The notes under the pieces were generated by a model. The model saw only the letters and a list, made by a program, of their open reading frames with translations, did no database searches and had not been told where the DNA came from. A DNA stretch of 64,000 nucleotides. It comes from a virus. The stretch is taken from positions 47,612-111,611 of the IMG/VR virus record IMGVR_UViG_3300032242_001941; one strand, written 5' to 3'. A program made the translations under genes and the position numbers. Positions 1 to 10,036 of the stretch are shown piece by piece; the stretch's first letter is position 1, and the number at the start of each line of letters is the position of its first letter.

Positions 1-484
1 CTTTGTGGGTATGGATCGTATCGTAAAAAATCGTGTACAAGGTACAGCTATGGGATTTGGCGCAGAAATTACATCACCTGACACTGAAGCAACTGATCCA
101 GTGACTCCAGAAGATTTGGTCCGGTACGGAATGATTCCTGAGTTTGTGGGTAGATTTAGCAGTTATGTAAATTTACACGCTTTAAATAAAACTCAATTGA
201 TTAGTATACTGACTGAAATACAGGGAAATTTTGTGGGTCAATATCAATGGTTATTTGATCAGGATAGCGTGGCCTTAGAATTTGACTCTGAAAGTTTAGA
301 TTTAATAGCAGAACGAACACTAAAGACACGAACAGGAGCCCGCGGCCTACACAGCGAACTAGAGCGTGTGCTGTTACCACACATGTTTGATCTTCCTAGG
401 TATCGTAAACAAGATATAGTCCAGGTCACAATCAATAAAACCCAGGTAAATACTCCTATGACACTAATACAAGAAAATTTATGA
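1..484 (+). CDS. clpX: ClpX ATPase, C-terminal part (5' truncated by window)
   Basis: [17 protein letters not shown] and [14 protein letters not shown] are typical ClpX C-terminal AAA+ motifs. Confidence 0.93.
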   Translation, partial: FVGMDRIVKNRVQGTAMGFGAEITSPDTEATDPVTPEDLVRYGMIPEFVGRFSSYVNLHALNKTQLISILTEIQGNFVGQYQWLFDQDSVALEFDSESLDLIAERTLKTRTGARGLHSELERVLLPHMFDLPRYRKQDIVQVTINKTQVNTPMTLIQENL

Positions 485-702
485 GAGAGTACAAAAGATC
501 AGTTTACATTACCGATGGCAATGTAGAAAAGGCTCTGCGTAAATTTAAGAAAAAAATACAGGAATCTGGCTTATTGGAAGAACTCCGTGAGCGGGAAACC
601 TACGAAAAACCAACTACCGAACGTAAGCGTAAGAAAGGTGCAGCCCGAGCACGTCTACGCAAACAAATCCGCAGTCAACAACTTCCAAAAAAACTCTACT
701 AG
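481..702 (+). CDS. rpsU: 30S ribosomal protein S21
   Basis: [12 protein letters not shown]...[17 protein letters not shown] matches the bS21 signature. Confidence 0.95.
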   Translation: MREYKRSVYITDGNVEKALRKFKKKIQESGLLEELRERETYEKPTTERKRKKGAARARLRKQIRSQQLPKKLY

Positions 703-703
703 T

Positions 704-946
704 GTGTTTATAGAATTTAAAGTAACAACAGAAAATCCGTTGTTTCTTACTTCACACATCCTACATATGGCCGAAGCAGAAATTAAGAATTGGGCCCAGG
801 TAAACGAGATACCTTACACTTACAAATATTATAAAAATACTTTCAGGGTAGCATTTAACGAAGAAAAACATTATACTGTTTTTCGTTTAACCTGGGCAAT
901 AGATTTGCCCCATATTGAATATAAACTTATTGACAGGAAGTGGTAA
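704..946 (+). CDS. small hypothetical protein ending in an F-x-L-x-W type motif
   Basis: likely GTG start at 704 right after the rpsU stop; ends RVAFNEEKHYTVFRLTW. Confidence 0.6.
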   Translation: MFIEFKVTTENPLFLTSHILHMAEAEIKNWAQVNEIPYTYKYYKNTFRVAFNEEKHYTVFRLTWAIDLPHIEYKLIDRKW

Positions 947-1021
947 ATCTGTTATAAATAAACATGTAGATGCCCAGCTGGGGTCTATATTAAAACTTGC
1001 TTATTTTTAAGGAGAATTTAT
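930..1021 (+). promoter_or_regulatory. overlapping sigma70 and T4-late-type promoter followed by ROSE-like RNA thermometer (copy 1)
   Basis: TTGACA(930)-17-TATAAATA(953); hairpin ATGTAGA-TGCCCAGCTGGGG-TCTATAT; CTTGCTTA upstream of AAGGAG. Confidence 0.65.
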
Positions 1022-1048
1022 ATGTCAAAGCACACCTTTCTGACCTAG
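1022..1048 (+). CDS. 8-codon micro-ORF MSKHTFLT with strong SD
   Basis: AAGGAG at 1009-1014, ATG 1022, TAG 1046-1048. Confidence 0.4.
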   Translation: MSKHTFLT

Positions 1049-1092
1049 CGTCAACTCCCCTTACAATTTAAACATTCAACCACTCTTAGTTG

Positions 1093-1121
1093 TTGACACA
1101 ATCACCTATGTGTGTTATAAT
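1093..1121 (+). promoter_or_regulatory. sigma70 promoter of groESL
   Basis: TTGACA-17-TATAAT perfect consensus. Confidence 0.8.
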
Positions 1122-1163
1122 CTATTGTTGTGGTATTATCATTTACATTTAAAAGGAGTATTA

Positions 1164-1451
1164 ATGAATCTAAAACCTACTAGAGATCGTATTGTTATAC
1201 GTTTACTCGAAGCAGAAACTCAAACTAAATCTGGAATCTTTATCCCAGATGCCGCAGTTGAAAAACCAAACCAGGGCGAAGTATTGGCCACAGGTGGCGG
1301 CCGCATCACAGAAGACGGCACCGTGATCCCAATGGAAGTTAAAACTGGTGATCGTGTACTGTTTGGCAAACACGCTGGCACACCGATCAAAGTTGACGGC
1401 GAAGAATATCACATCCTCAAAGAAGATGATGTAATGGCAATTGTAGAATAA
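1164..1451 (+). CDS. groES: co-chaperonin GroES
   Basis: LKPTRDRIVI, TKSGIFIPD, VKTGDRVLF, ILKEDDVMAIV; SD AAGGAG before ATG 1164. Confidence 0.97.
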   Translation: MNLKPTRDRIVIRLLEAETQTKSGIFIPDAAVEKPNQGEVLATGGGRITEDGTVIPMEVKTGDRVLFGKHAGTPIKVDGEEYHILKEDDVMAIVE

Positions 1452-3092
<1,641 letters not shown>

Positions 3093-3100
3093 TTTAGCGT

Positions 3101-3173
3101 TATAAATAATAGTGTGGATGCCGATGGTCGGGTCCACACTATATGTCACTTGCTTAATTTAAAGGAGAAAACA
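3101..3173 (+). promoter_or_regulatory. late promoter plus ROSE-like RNA thermometer (copy 2) upstream of hsp20
   Basis: TATAAATA 3101; hairpin TAGTGTGGA...TCCACACTA containing GATGCC/GGGTC; CTTGCTTA before AAGGAG. Confidence 0.7.
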
Positions 3174-3620
3174 ATGACAAGACTCACAACTCTGGACCTT
3201 AGTCCATTCTATCGTAACTCAATCGGTGTAGACAAATTATTTGATCGTATGATGCATCAAATTGATACAGCGGCCGCATCAACTACAAACTATCCACCTT
3301 ACAACATTGTAAAAACTGGCGAGAACACCTACGAAATTCAAGTAGCCGTTGCTGGATTTACCGAAGGTGAAGTTACTGTAAACGTCAATGAAGGTCAATT
3401 AATCATCTCAGGTGAAAAGCTGTCTACAGATTTGCCCGAAGGACACATATATGAACACCAAGGCATCAGTGCTCGTCGTTTTATACGCACATTTACCTTG
3501 GCCGACTATGTAGAAGTAACCGATGCTCAAAGTCAGGATGGTATTCTGACTGTTAGCTTAGAGCGTCAAGTTCCTGAGGCACTTCTGCCGAAGACTATTG
3601 CGATCACTTACACAAAATAG
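3174..3620 (+). CDS. small heat shock protein Hsp20 (IbpA-like)
   Basis: NYPPYNIVK, VAVAGF, HQGISARRFIRTFTLADYVEV, DGILTV. Confidence 0.95.
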   Translation: MTRLTTLDLSPFYRNSIGVDKLFDRMMHQIDTAAASTTNYPPYNIVKTGENTYEIQVAVAGFTEGEVTVNVNEGQLIISGEKLSTDLPEGHIYEHQGISARRFIRTFTLADYVEVTDAQSQDGILTVSLERQVPEALLPKTIAITYTK

Positions 3621-3679
3621 TATAATATAGTAAATACAGTGGAGGGCACAGTGCTCTCCACTACAATAAAGGATTGGAT

Positions 3680-3988
3680 ATGTCACAAGCAGGAACTGTA
3701 ACAAAAACACAAATTAATCAAGGTCTTGCCGAACCTCCTATGTTTAAAATTATCTATCTTAATGATAATGCCACACCAATGGAATTTGTAATTGATACGT
3801 TAATGGATTCATTTAATTATAGTTCAGAAACAGCTGAAAAAATTACCATGGACATTCACGAAGCCGGAAGTGCTGTGGTTGCTGTATTGCCTTATGAAAT
3901 TGCCGAACAAAAAGGTATTGAAGTTACAGTGCAAGCCCGAAACAACAACTATCCTTTACAAGTCAAGCTAGAACCCGAAACAATTTAA
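3680..3988 (+). CDS. clpS: ClpS N-end-rule adaptor
   Basis: PPMFKIIYLNDNATPMEFV, IHEAGSAVV, YEIAEQK, YPLQVKLE. Confidence 0.92.
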   Translation: MSQAGTVTKTQINQGLAEPPMFKIIYLNDNATPMEFVIDTLMDSFNYSSETAEKITMDIHEAGSAVVAVLPYEIAEQKGIEVTVQARNNNYPLQVKLEPETI

Positions 3989-4776
3989 AAGTCAATTTCA
4001 ATTCGACGAGGATAAAACACTCGCTGACACCAGTCGGTGTTGCCACGTCCCCTAGGATTGGAAATATATCTTATTCCTCCTAGGTTTTGATCTACAGGCC
4101 TGTGATAGTGTCCAAAGCACCAGGTATGAATTTTTTGTTCAGTATCCTCGTCAATGGTGCGAGAAATATGACTGTTCCCCATGCCGTTAAATCTCCAGGT
4201 GTTGGCCAGATCAGGATCGTGTGCAATAACCCATGGTGCAGGAACGGTGTGACTAACCACAACAATGGCACCCACTTCCATATGGGTTTGTAATTTACGA
4301 ACACTGTTCATCATATAAGATGCATCGTTGTAGGCCACGCCCATGATGTTTGTGGCGGTTGAATTATCAATACCAAAATGATCTTGTGTATGTTGTATGC
4401 TAGCATCTACGCTTATGCTAGAATCAAAATCGTAGGTCCACCAAGCGTTGGTACCTAACAGAGCTACTCCGTTGACTATGATCACATTATCCTGCATATA
4501 AACCACATTTTTTATAGATTTGATATCTTTAGCAAGGGCTCGATAACTAGCACCCAAATCGTCAAGATAATCTTTATGTTCTTCGTTACCGTCGATATAA
4601 AAAACACCTCCAGGATAACATTGACCAAGGTGAGCCAGGGTGTCTAATAAACGTTGCCGGTCACGGGCTACATCACCGGCTACTACACAGTAAGGAGCCG
4701 TGGCTTGACTAGACCAATCAAAGTCGTTCCAAGTTTCAACGTGGAGGTCAGAAATTAAATCAAAAGCAAAAGTCAT
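3985..4776 (-). CDS. calcineurin-like metallophosphoesterase
   Basis: SDLH, AGD, GNEE, SHTVP, FGHYH, NPRG motifs. Confidence 0.85.
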   Translation of the reverse strand: MTFAFDLISDLHVETWNDFDWSSQATAPYCVVAGDVARDRQRLLDTLAHLGQCYPGGVFYIDGNEEHKDYLDDLGASYRALAKDIKSIKNVVYMQDNVIIVNGVALLGTNAWWTYDFDSSISVDASIQHTQDHFGIDNSTATNIMGVAYNDASYMMNSVRKLQTHMEVGAIVVVSHTVPAPWVIAHDPDLANTWRFNGMGNSHISRTIDEDTEQKIHTWCFGHYHRPVDQNLGGIRYISNPRGRGNTDWCQRVFYPRRIEIDF

Positions 4777-4800
4777 GATAACTATTTACAAGGATCGCAT

Positions 4801-5151
4801 ATGAACATAATATTTAAAACCAATGCAACAAATATAGATGAAAAATATACAGTTTTAGACTTAGATACCTTTAGTTTACCTGACGGATCTTTACATACTG
4901 CCTGTTGTGTAGTTGAAAACATACCCGTTGCTGAATTTCCAATAATCACCCGGTTAAAAGAATTACACGTTAATCTTATAAGTAATTATGGTAAACGCAA
5001 TTGGAACTATTGCGAACAGGCCATTGAGCAACTTATGGGCAAATGGGGAGGCGAAGTAGACTCATTTTATCAAGAGTTAAACGCCCGTATACAAAAACTT
5101 AAAACCCAAAATTTAGACGATTCCTGGAGCCCTGTTATACCAAAAGCCTAA
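4801..5151 (+). CDS. stand-alone homologue of the adenylate-cyclase C-terminal tail
   Basis: CEQAIEQLMGKWGGEVDSFY...QNLDDSW aligns by eye with AAAMCTKMKGTFGGQMDKYY...QNLPDNW of 10029..12080. Confidence 0.65.
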   Translation: MNIIFKTNATNIDEKYTVLDLDTFSLPDGSLHTACCVVENIPVAEFPIITRLKELHVNLISNYGKRNWNYCEQAIEQLMGKWGGEVDSFYQELNARIQKLKTQNLDDSWSPVIPKA

Positions 5152-5209
5152 ACAACAATCTTAAGATAAATACCCACATAATAATAAGACTCTAAAAAAG
5201 GAGCTGGGT

Positions 5210-5491
5210 ATGAATGAAGTTTTTAAGATCATTGGAGATCTAGGATTTCCAGTAGCAGCCGCACTTGCAGGCGGTTATTTTGTATATCTCACAATCAAAC
5301 TGTTATTAGCTGGCGTACTGTCAGCTGTTAAACAGATGGCTGGAATTATCACAGCCTTAGACAATCGTGTTAAAACTATGAATCACGACGTTATCCGCAT
5401 TGATACCGTTGTGAGTAATGCTTTGGGCTTACGCCCAGACGTAGAGCGCATAAGCCGCGCAGACGGTAAAAACGATGCAAGGAGAGACTGA
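5210..5491 (+). CDS. small membrane/coiled-coil protein A (holin-like architecture)
   Basis: IIGDLGFP followed by a TM helix and a coiled coil; paralogue of 6054..6338. Confidence 0.6.
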   Translation: MNEVFKIIGDLGFPVAAALAGGYFVYLTIKLLLAGVLSAVKQMAGIITALDNRVKTMNHDVIRIDTVVSNALGLRPDVERISRADGKNDARRD

Positions 5492-5757
5492 TGTGGACTC
5501 GTGAAGAACGTCGTTGGGCAATAATGAATCGCAAAGAGTATATTGAACGTAATATGGCTATTTGTGATGAAGAAATTAAAACAAGAAAACTTCAAAAGTT
5601 TCTAGGAGCTAAAACAATGGATTTTGATATTGAATATTTGGTCATACGCTTGCATGACATAGCCAGAGAAGTAGAACAACGTATTGGATTTGGTGAATTA
5701 AGCAAAGACATTCGCAAGTGCGCTGATCGTTTAAGTAATATCAATAAGCCCGTATAA
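5491..5757 (+). CDS. hypothetical protein
   Basis: ORF coupled to both neighbours. Confidence 0.55.
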   Translation: MWTREERRWAIMNRKEYIERNMAICDEEIKTRKLQKFLGAKTMDFDIEYLVIRLHDIAREVEQRIGFGELSKDIRKCADRLSNINKPV

Positions 5758-5951
5758 TGAAATACTACGACTACGAATGGGATTTAGAACCTAATAGAAT
5801 TTTATTAGATTCAGAACTTAACGTAAATGCACTAGGTTGGCAAACCGGCGACTATTTCAAAGTTTCTACTGTCAATGGTCGTGCTATGTTAGTCAAAGTA
5901 GATCCGTTAGAAAAATTCTTAAGAGATGGAGTTAGCAATGAAAAAACATAA
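5757..5951 (+). CDS. hypothetical protein
   Basis: TAATG-coupled ORF. Confidence 0.6.
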   Translation: MKYYDYEWDLEPNRILLDSELNVNALGWQTGDYFKVSTVNGRAMLVKVDPLEKFLRDGVSNEKT

Positions 5952-6054
5952 TCCATATAAATTACCACCGCATCAAATTTGGACTGATTGGGATCTAGCC
6001 AAGTTTGCTCTGATAGCATTTGTGGTCGGCATTGCGGTAGGAGCAATATTATAA
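5938..6054 (+). CDS. 38-aa single-TM protein (not in ORF track)
   Basis: MKKHNPYKLPPHQIWTDWDLAKFALIAFVVGIAVGAIL*, SD GGAG, TAATG overlap with next gene. Confidence 0.5.
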   Translation: MKKHNPYKLPPHQIWTDWDLAKFALIAFVVGIAVGAIL

Positions 6055-6338
6055 TGGGCGGCCTAGCAGAAATTATCAGCAAGTACGGATTCCCAATGGT
6101 CATGGCAGTTGGCATGGGCTTTATCATACGCATGGTCTGGGAATGGTGTACCAAGGAAATCAAACCAGTTATCAATGATGCCAACGCAGTTCTTATTGGT
6201 CTTATTGATCGCATCCGTATGTTGGACAATGATTTGATTCGGTTGAATCAAAAAGTTAATACTGTGTTGCATCTACGTGGCAAAAGTATTGATCACGAGC
6301 GTGTAGAAGCTGAACAACAGATCAACGAAAAATCGTAA
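6054..6338 (+). CDS. small membrane/coiled-coil protein B
   Basis: IISKYGFP + TM + LIDRIRMLDNDLIRL; paralogue of 5210..5491. Confidence 0.65.
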   Translation: MGGLAEIISKYGFPMVMAVGMGFIIRMVWEWCTKEIKPVINDANAVLIGLIDRIRMLDNDLIRLNQKVNTVLHLRGKSIDHERVEAEQQINEKS

Positions 6339-6391
6339 TACCGCCACTTAATATCTGTAAAAAACTATTAAATAATAGTAGGAGCTAGAGT

Positions 6392-6883
6392 ATGAAAAAA
6401 ATAATAATAATAACTCTCTTAGCTTCTGCGCCTGCGTTTGTCACGGCTGCAGAACTACAACACTATTTTAGTAGCCCGGCCTTTAGCGGCGTTGGATACA
6501 GTAGCCATGTCTTGACTTTACAACAGCTAGAAACTCAACAAAAAGAAAAAAATAAATTGGCCGCAGATGCTATTGCAGCCAAAGCAGCCGCAGATGCTGC
6601 AAATACTCCACAGGCTAGATTTTTAGCCAACATTGAAAGTAGAGTCTATGCTCAACTAGCCAAACAAATTACCGATAGTTTGTTTGGTACAGACGGTGTG
6701 CCTAGTTGTAAAGCAGTAAATCCTTACAGTCAGTGCGGATCTGTAAACATAGCGGGCAATGATATCACTTGGCGCCTGGGCGACCCAGCAAACGCCAGCG
6801 AAAAAGGCATGTTAGTAATCAACATTGCTGGTGCCACCGGCAACGTTCAAATGATGGTGCCATCTGGAACCTTTGCTTTTTAA
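6392..6883 (+). CDS. csgF: curli assembly protein CsgF-like
   Basis: signal peptide, mature N-terminus AELQHYFSSPAFSG resembles the CsgF NPxFGG motif; RVYAQLAKQITDSLFG; directly upstream of csgG. Confidence 0.75.
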   Translation: MKKIIIITLLASAPAFVTAAELQHYFSSPAFSGVGYSSHVLTLQQLETQQKEKNKLAADAIAAKAAADAANTPQARFLANIESRVYAQLAKQITDSLFGTDGVPSCKAVNPYSQCGSVNIAGNDITWRLGDPANASEKGMLVINIAGATGNVQMMVPSGTFAF

Positions 6884-6892
6884 GAAAAATAT

Positions 6893-7708
6893 ATGAAACA
6901 TACCGTAATTTCCTTGCTTGCAATTGCTTTATTAGGTGGATGTGCCATTGGCAGTGGTATCCGCGAACAGCTGACAAACAAGCAGTTTGACGAACCAGTG
7001 ATAGAAAAAAGTATTGTATTAGCACAGCCAAAAAATCAACTAGCACCACCGGCAGATGGACCTATTGCTGTGGCTGTGTACGGATTCCAAGATAAAACAG
7101 GGCAACGCAAAAGTCAACTTGCTGTGGCCAGTTTAAGCAGTGCTGTAACACAAGGCGGCGAAAGTTACTTGATTAAAGCCTTACAAGATGTAGGCGATGG
7201 CCGCTGGTTCACTGTGGTAGAAAGAGTTGGGCTAGACAACCTAATCAAAGAACGACAAATGATTCGCCAGGGTCGCGAACAGTATCAAGGACGTGATGCT
7301 AAACCGTTACCGCCAATGGTATTTGCCGGAATGATTGTGGAAGGTGCTATTGTGGGCTATGATTCAAATACTCTTACAGGTGGCGCCGGTATGCGTATCT
7401 TTGGTATTGGCGGCCAAACACAGTATCAAAGTGATACAGTCACGATTAGTTTGAGAACAGTCAGTGTTCTTACTGGAGAAGTATTGACCACAGTTACAGT
7501 TACAAAAACTGTGTTGAGTTACATGGATAAATTTACAGTATTGAGATTTATCAATGACGGAACTAACTCCTTAGAATCAGAAATAGGAGGTAGTATAAAC
7601 GAAAGTATTAACCGAGCAACAAGCGCAGCCATACAAGCCGCAGTGGTTGATACGATTCGTGAAGGTGCTCGTAAAGGACACTGGAATTTTAAAGAAGTAA
7701 AAAAATAA
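6893..7708 (+). CDS. csgG: CsgG/HfaB-family outer-membrane secretion lipoprotein
   Basis: lipobox LGGC; VAVYGFQDKTGQRK, SSAVTQG, WFTVVERVGLDNLIKERQMIR, EGAIVGYDSN. Confidence 0.92.
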   Translation: MKHTVISLLAIALLGGCAIGSGIREQLTNKQFDEPVIEKSIVLAQPKNQLAPPADGPIAVAVYGFQDKTGQRKSQLAVASLSSAVTQGGESYLIKALQDVGDGRWFTVVERVGLDNLIKERQMIRQGREQYQGRDAKPLPPMVFAGMIVEGAIVGYDSNTLTGGAGMRIFGIGGQTQYQSDTVTISLRTVSVLTGEVLTTVTVTKTVLSYMDKFTVLRFINDGTNSLESEIGGSINESINRATSAAIQAAVVDTIREGARKGHWNFKEVKK

Positions 7709-7758
7709 CAATAAAAAATAGGAGCTTAGATTGGGGATAACCCAACTTTGAACAAACA

Positions 7759-8556
7759 ATGAAAACAAACAAATTAAATACAGCCTATACAATATTTGCT
7801 GTGTTGGCATTTGTTTCATTAAATGCAGCCGCACAAAATGCGGCCACTGGACCTAACAAGGTTTACCTGGAACAGATTGGTAGCACTAATACCATCACAG
7901 TTCAACAGGTTGGCGGCACTAACAATGTTGGCGGCACCGGCGGCAATGTAACAGTAGATACCAATGGCGTAACTACTTTTACACCCGATGCCCCTGGCAG
8001 TACTAACTATGCTACAATCACGGGTGCTAACAATGTGGTTGGACTTAGTCAGACTGGTAGTAACAACACGGCTCAGTACAATATCACTGGCAGTAACAAT
8101 ACCTATAACAGTACTGTGGCTGGCAATAACAATCAAACTCGTTTGATCATGGGTGGTGCCAATGCCACAGCCAATTACAATACTGTAACAGAAACAGTTA
8201 CTGGCAGTAATAACTTGATATTACAAAACGTTCAAGGCAGTAATGTGGTCAGTGGTATTGGAATTGTTGGCAGTACCAACCAAGTGACTACTGATTTATT
8301 AAGTAACCGCGGAAGTTCTAATATACAAATCACTGGCAGTACCAACGTGATCAATGCTGAACAGACGGGCGGTGCTGGTGCCAATGGGCACATATTGATT
8401 AATAATGTGATAGGCGACTATAACAGTATTACCACCCAGCAACAGGGTTCTATTGATACAACAATCGATCTTAAGACCACAGGTAGTTTCAATACCGTCA
8501 CGGTACGGTCCAGCGACTCGGCCATTGTCAATTCAAGAACTGCTGTAGCAAGGTAA
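7759..8556 (+). CDS. curlin-repeat (CsgA/CsgB-like) secreted protein
   Basis: signal peptide; many ~11-aa Q/I-x-G-x-x-N units (NKVYLEQIGSTNTITVQQVGGTN; SQTGSNNTAQYNITGSNN). Confidence 0.75.
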   Translation: MKTNKLNTAYTIFAVLAFVSLNAAAQNAATGPNKVYLEQIGSTNTITVQQVGGTNNVGGTGGNVTVDTNGVTTFTPDAPGSTNYATITGANNVVGLSQTGSNNTAQYNITGSNNTYNSTVAGNNNQTRLIMGGANATANYNTVTETVTGSNNLILQNVQGSNVVSGIGIVGSTNQVTTDLLSNRGSSNIQITGSTNVINAEQTGGAGANGHILINNVIGDYNSITTQQQGSIDTTIDLKTTGSFNTVTVRSSDSAIVNSRTAVAR

Positions 8557-8557
8557 T

Positions 8558-9658
8558 ATGCAGAAACTAATCACAGCCCTTTGCGTTATGGTTGTATGTA
8601 ACGCCTGGGCTGGCATTGGCACGGTTTCAGAACACAAAGGTACAGCCTGCGAGATCACACGAGACAAAAATAAATTATCTGGGCACAAAGATGCCATAGT
8701 TGAAAGTATGGACACATATACCACCGGTGCATGTGTCAGCAACATTACATTTAAAGATGACACAAAGGTTCGCATAACTGAGAACAGTCGCTTGCTTATT
8801 GATGATTTTGTATTTGATCCCAAGGCCAGCGATGCCGGCAAACTGGCTCTTAAAGTGAGCGCAGGCACTGTGCGCTATGCGTCGGGCCAGATTGCTAAAA
8901 ATAGTCCACAAAAAGTAAATATTCAAACGCCAACAGCCACAGTGGCAGTTCGTGGTACTGATTTTACCATGACCGTTGACGAAGCTGGACAAAGTCTGAT
9001 AATGTTAATACCTAGTTGTAAAGATATCAACGAAGTTAAACAATATGAATTAGAAGAGAATAGATGCAAAGTTGGACGTATCGAAGTAAGCACTCTTGCT
9101 GGGTCAGTGGTCTTAGACCAAGCATTTGAAGCAACCTATGTTATGAGTGCTCTAATGGCACCAACTCCACCTATTGTTGTCAACACTGTTGAAAGTAAAA
9201 TTAATAATAATCTTATTATTGTTAAACCTGTTGAAGTTCAACGAGCTATTAAAGAAGCAACAAAAACCAAACAAGAACAAGAACTTGACGACATCGAAGC
9301 CGACGCGGCTCGACGACTAGCACAGGCTGTGGCCAAATCCGCCGAAGCCATTGAGGAAGCTCGTGTTTCCAAGTTTGTTGACCTTGCCAAACGGTCTGGG
9401 TGTAATTCTGCTACCAGTGTCTGTGTGATATGGGATAGACCGTCTGAAACAGAAATGATCAGTCGTGGACGTGGTATTGCATTCCGCCTAACAGAAAATG
9501 AGCATTATGCCGAAGTCAAGACACTTGGGTATGTATCCAACACCACAATTAACATTACACATAATGATATGCCATCATCGATCACTATCGGCGATGGCTC
9601 TCCTGGTGGAACTATTGTAACTATTAAACAAAACAATGGAGTATTAAAGTCTAAGTAG
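8558..9658 (+). CDS. secreted FecR-domain protein
   Basis: signal peptide; ITFKDDTKVRITENSRL, GTVRYASG, IQTPTATVAVRGTDF. Confidence 0.88.
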   Translation: MQKLITALCVMVVCNAWAGIGTVSEHKGTACEITRDKNKLSGHKDAIVESMDTYTTGACVSNITFKDDTKVRITENSRLLIDDFVFDPKASDAGKLALKVSAGTVRYASGQIAKNSPQKVNIQTPTATVAVRGTDFTMTVDEAGQSLIMLIPSCKDINEVKQYELEENRCKVGRIEVSTLAGSVVLDQAFEATYVMSALMAPTPPIVVNTVESKINNNLIIVKPVEVQRAIKEATKTKQEQELDDIEADAARRLAQAVAKSAEAIEEARVSKFVDLAKRSGCNSATSVCVIWDRPSETEMISRGRGIAFRLTENEHYAEVKTLGYVSNTTINITHNDMPSSITIGDGSPGGTIVTIKQNNGVLKSK

Positions 9659-9753
9659 CCCAAGAGTGTATACGTAGTTTATTTTTTAATGGGCAGTACT
9701 TAAATACTATGCAGGCATATTATAACTATAACAAGCCGGCTACGCAGGATTTT

Positions 9754-9782
9754 ATACCCACTTTACAGTGGGTATTTTTTTT
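9754..9782 (+). terminator. intrinsic terminator
   Basis: ATACCCAC-TTTACA-GTGGGTAT followed by a T-run. Confidence 0.7.
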
Positions 9783-9811
9783 GTTAAATACTAGTCATAC
9801 CGGAGATACAA

Positions 9812-10036
9812 ATGACTGACTTTTTTAAACCCGATCCAAGAATTACTGACCCTGCACTAAGAGATTTAGAAAAAAAAGTGCATTGGCTTATGTCACAAAT
9901 TTATGCCGGAAGCTGGGCGCAGATGTGTAGTGATGCAGGGCTCGATTGTAATACCGTGTATAATACATTTCCAGATAATTTTGATATAAACAATATTAGA
10001 CCAGACGCAGAAGAAGTTCAAAATAACGATGCTTAA
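9812..10036 (+). CDS. hypothetical protein
   Basis: SD GGAG, TAAATA upstream, overlaps the cyclase start. Confidence 0.6.
   Translation: MTDFFKPDPRITDPALRDLEKKVHWLMSQIYAGSWAQMCSDAGLDCNTVYNTFPDNFDINNIRPDAEEVQNNDA

Noticed and set aside
9709-9819. 36-codon attenuator-like leader ORF across the terminator before the cyclase
   Set aside because: No SD, no clear antiterminator or codon run; a separate TAAATA at about 9785 explains downstream expression
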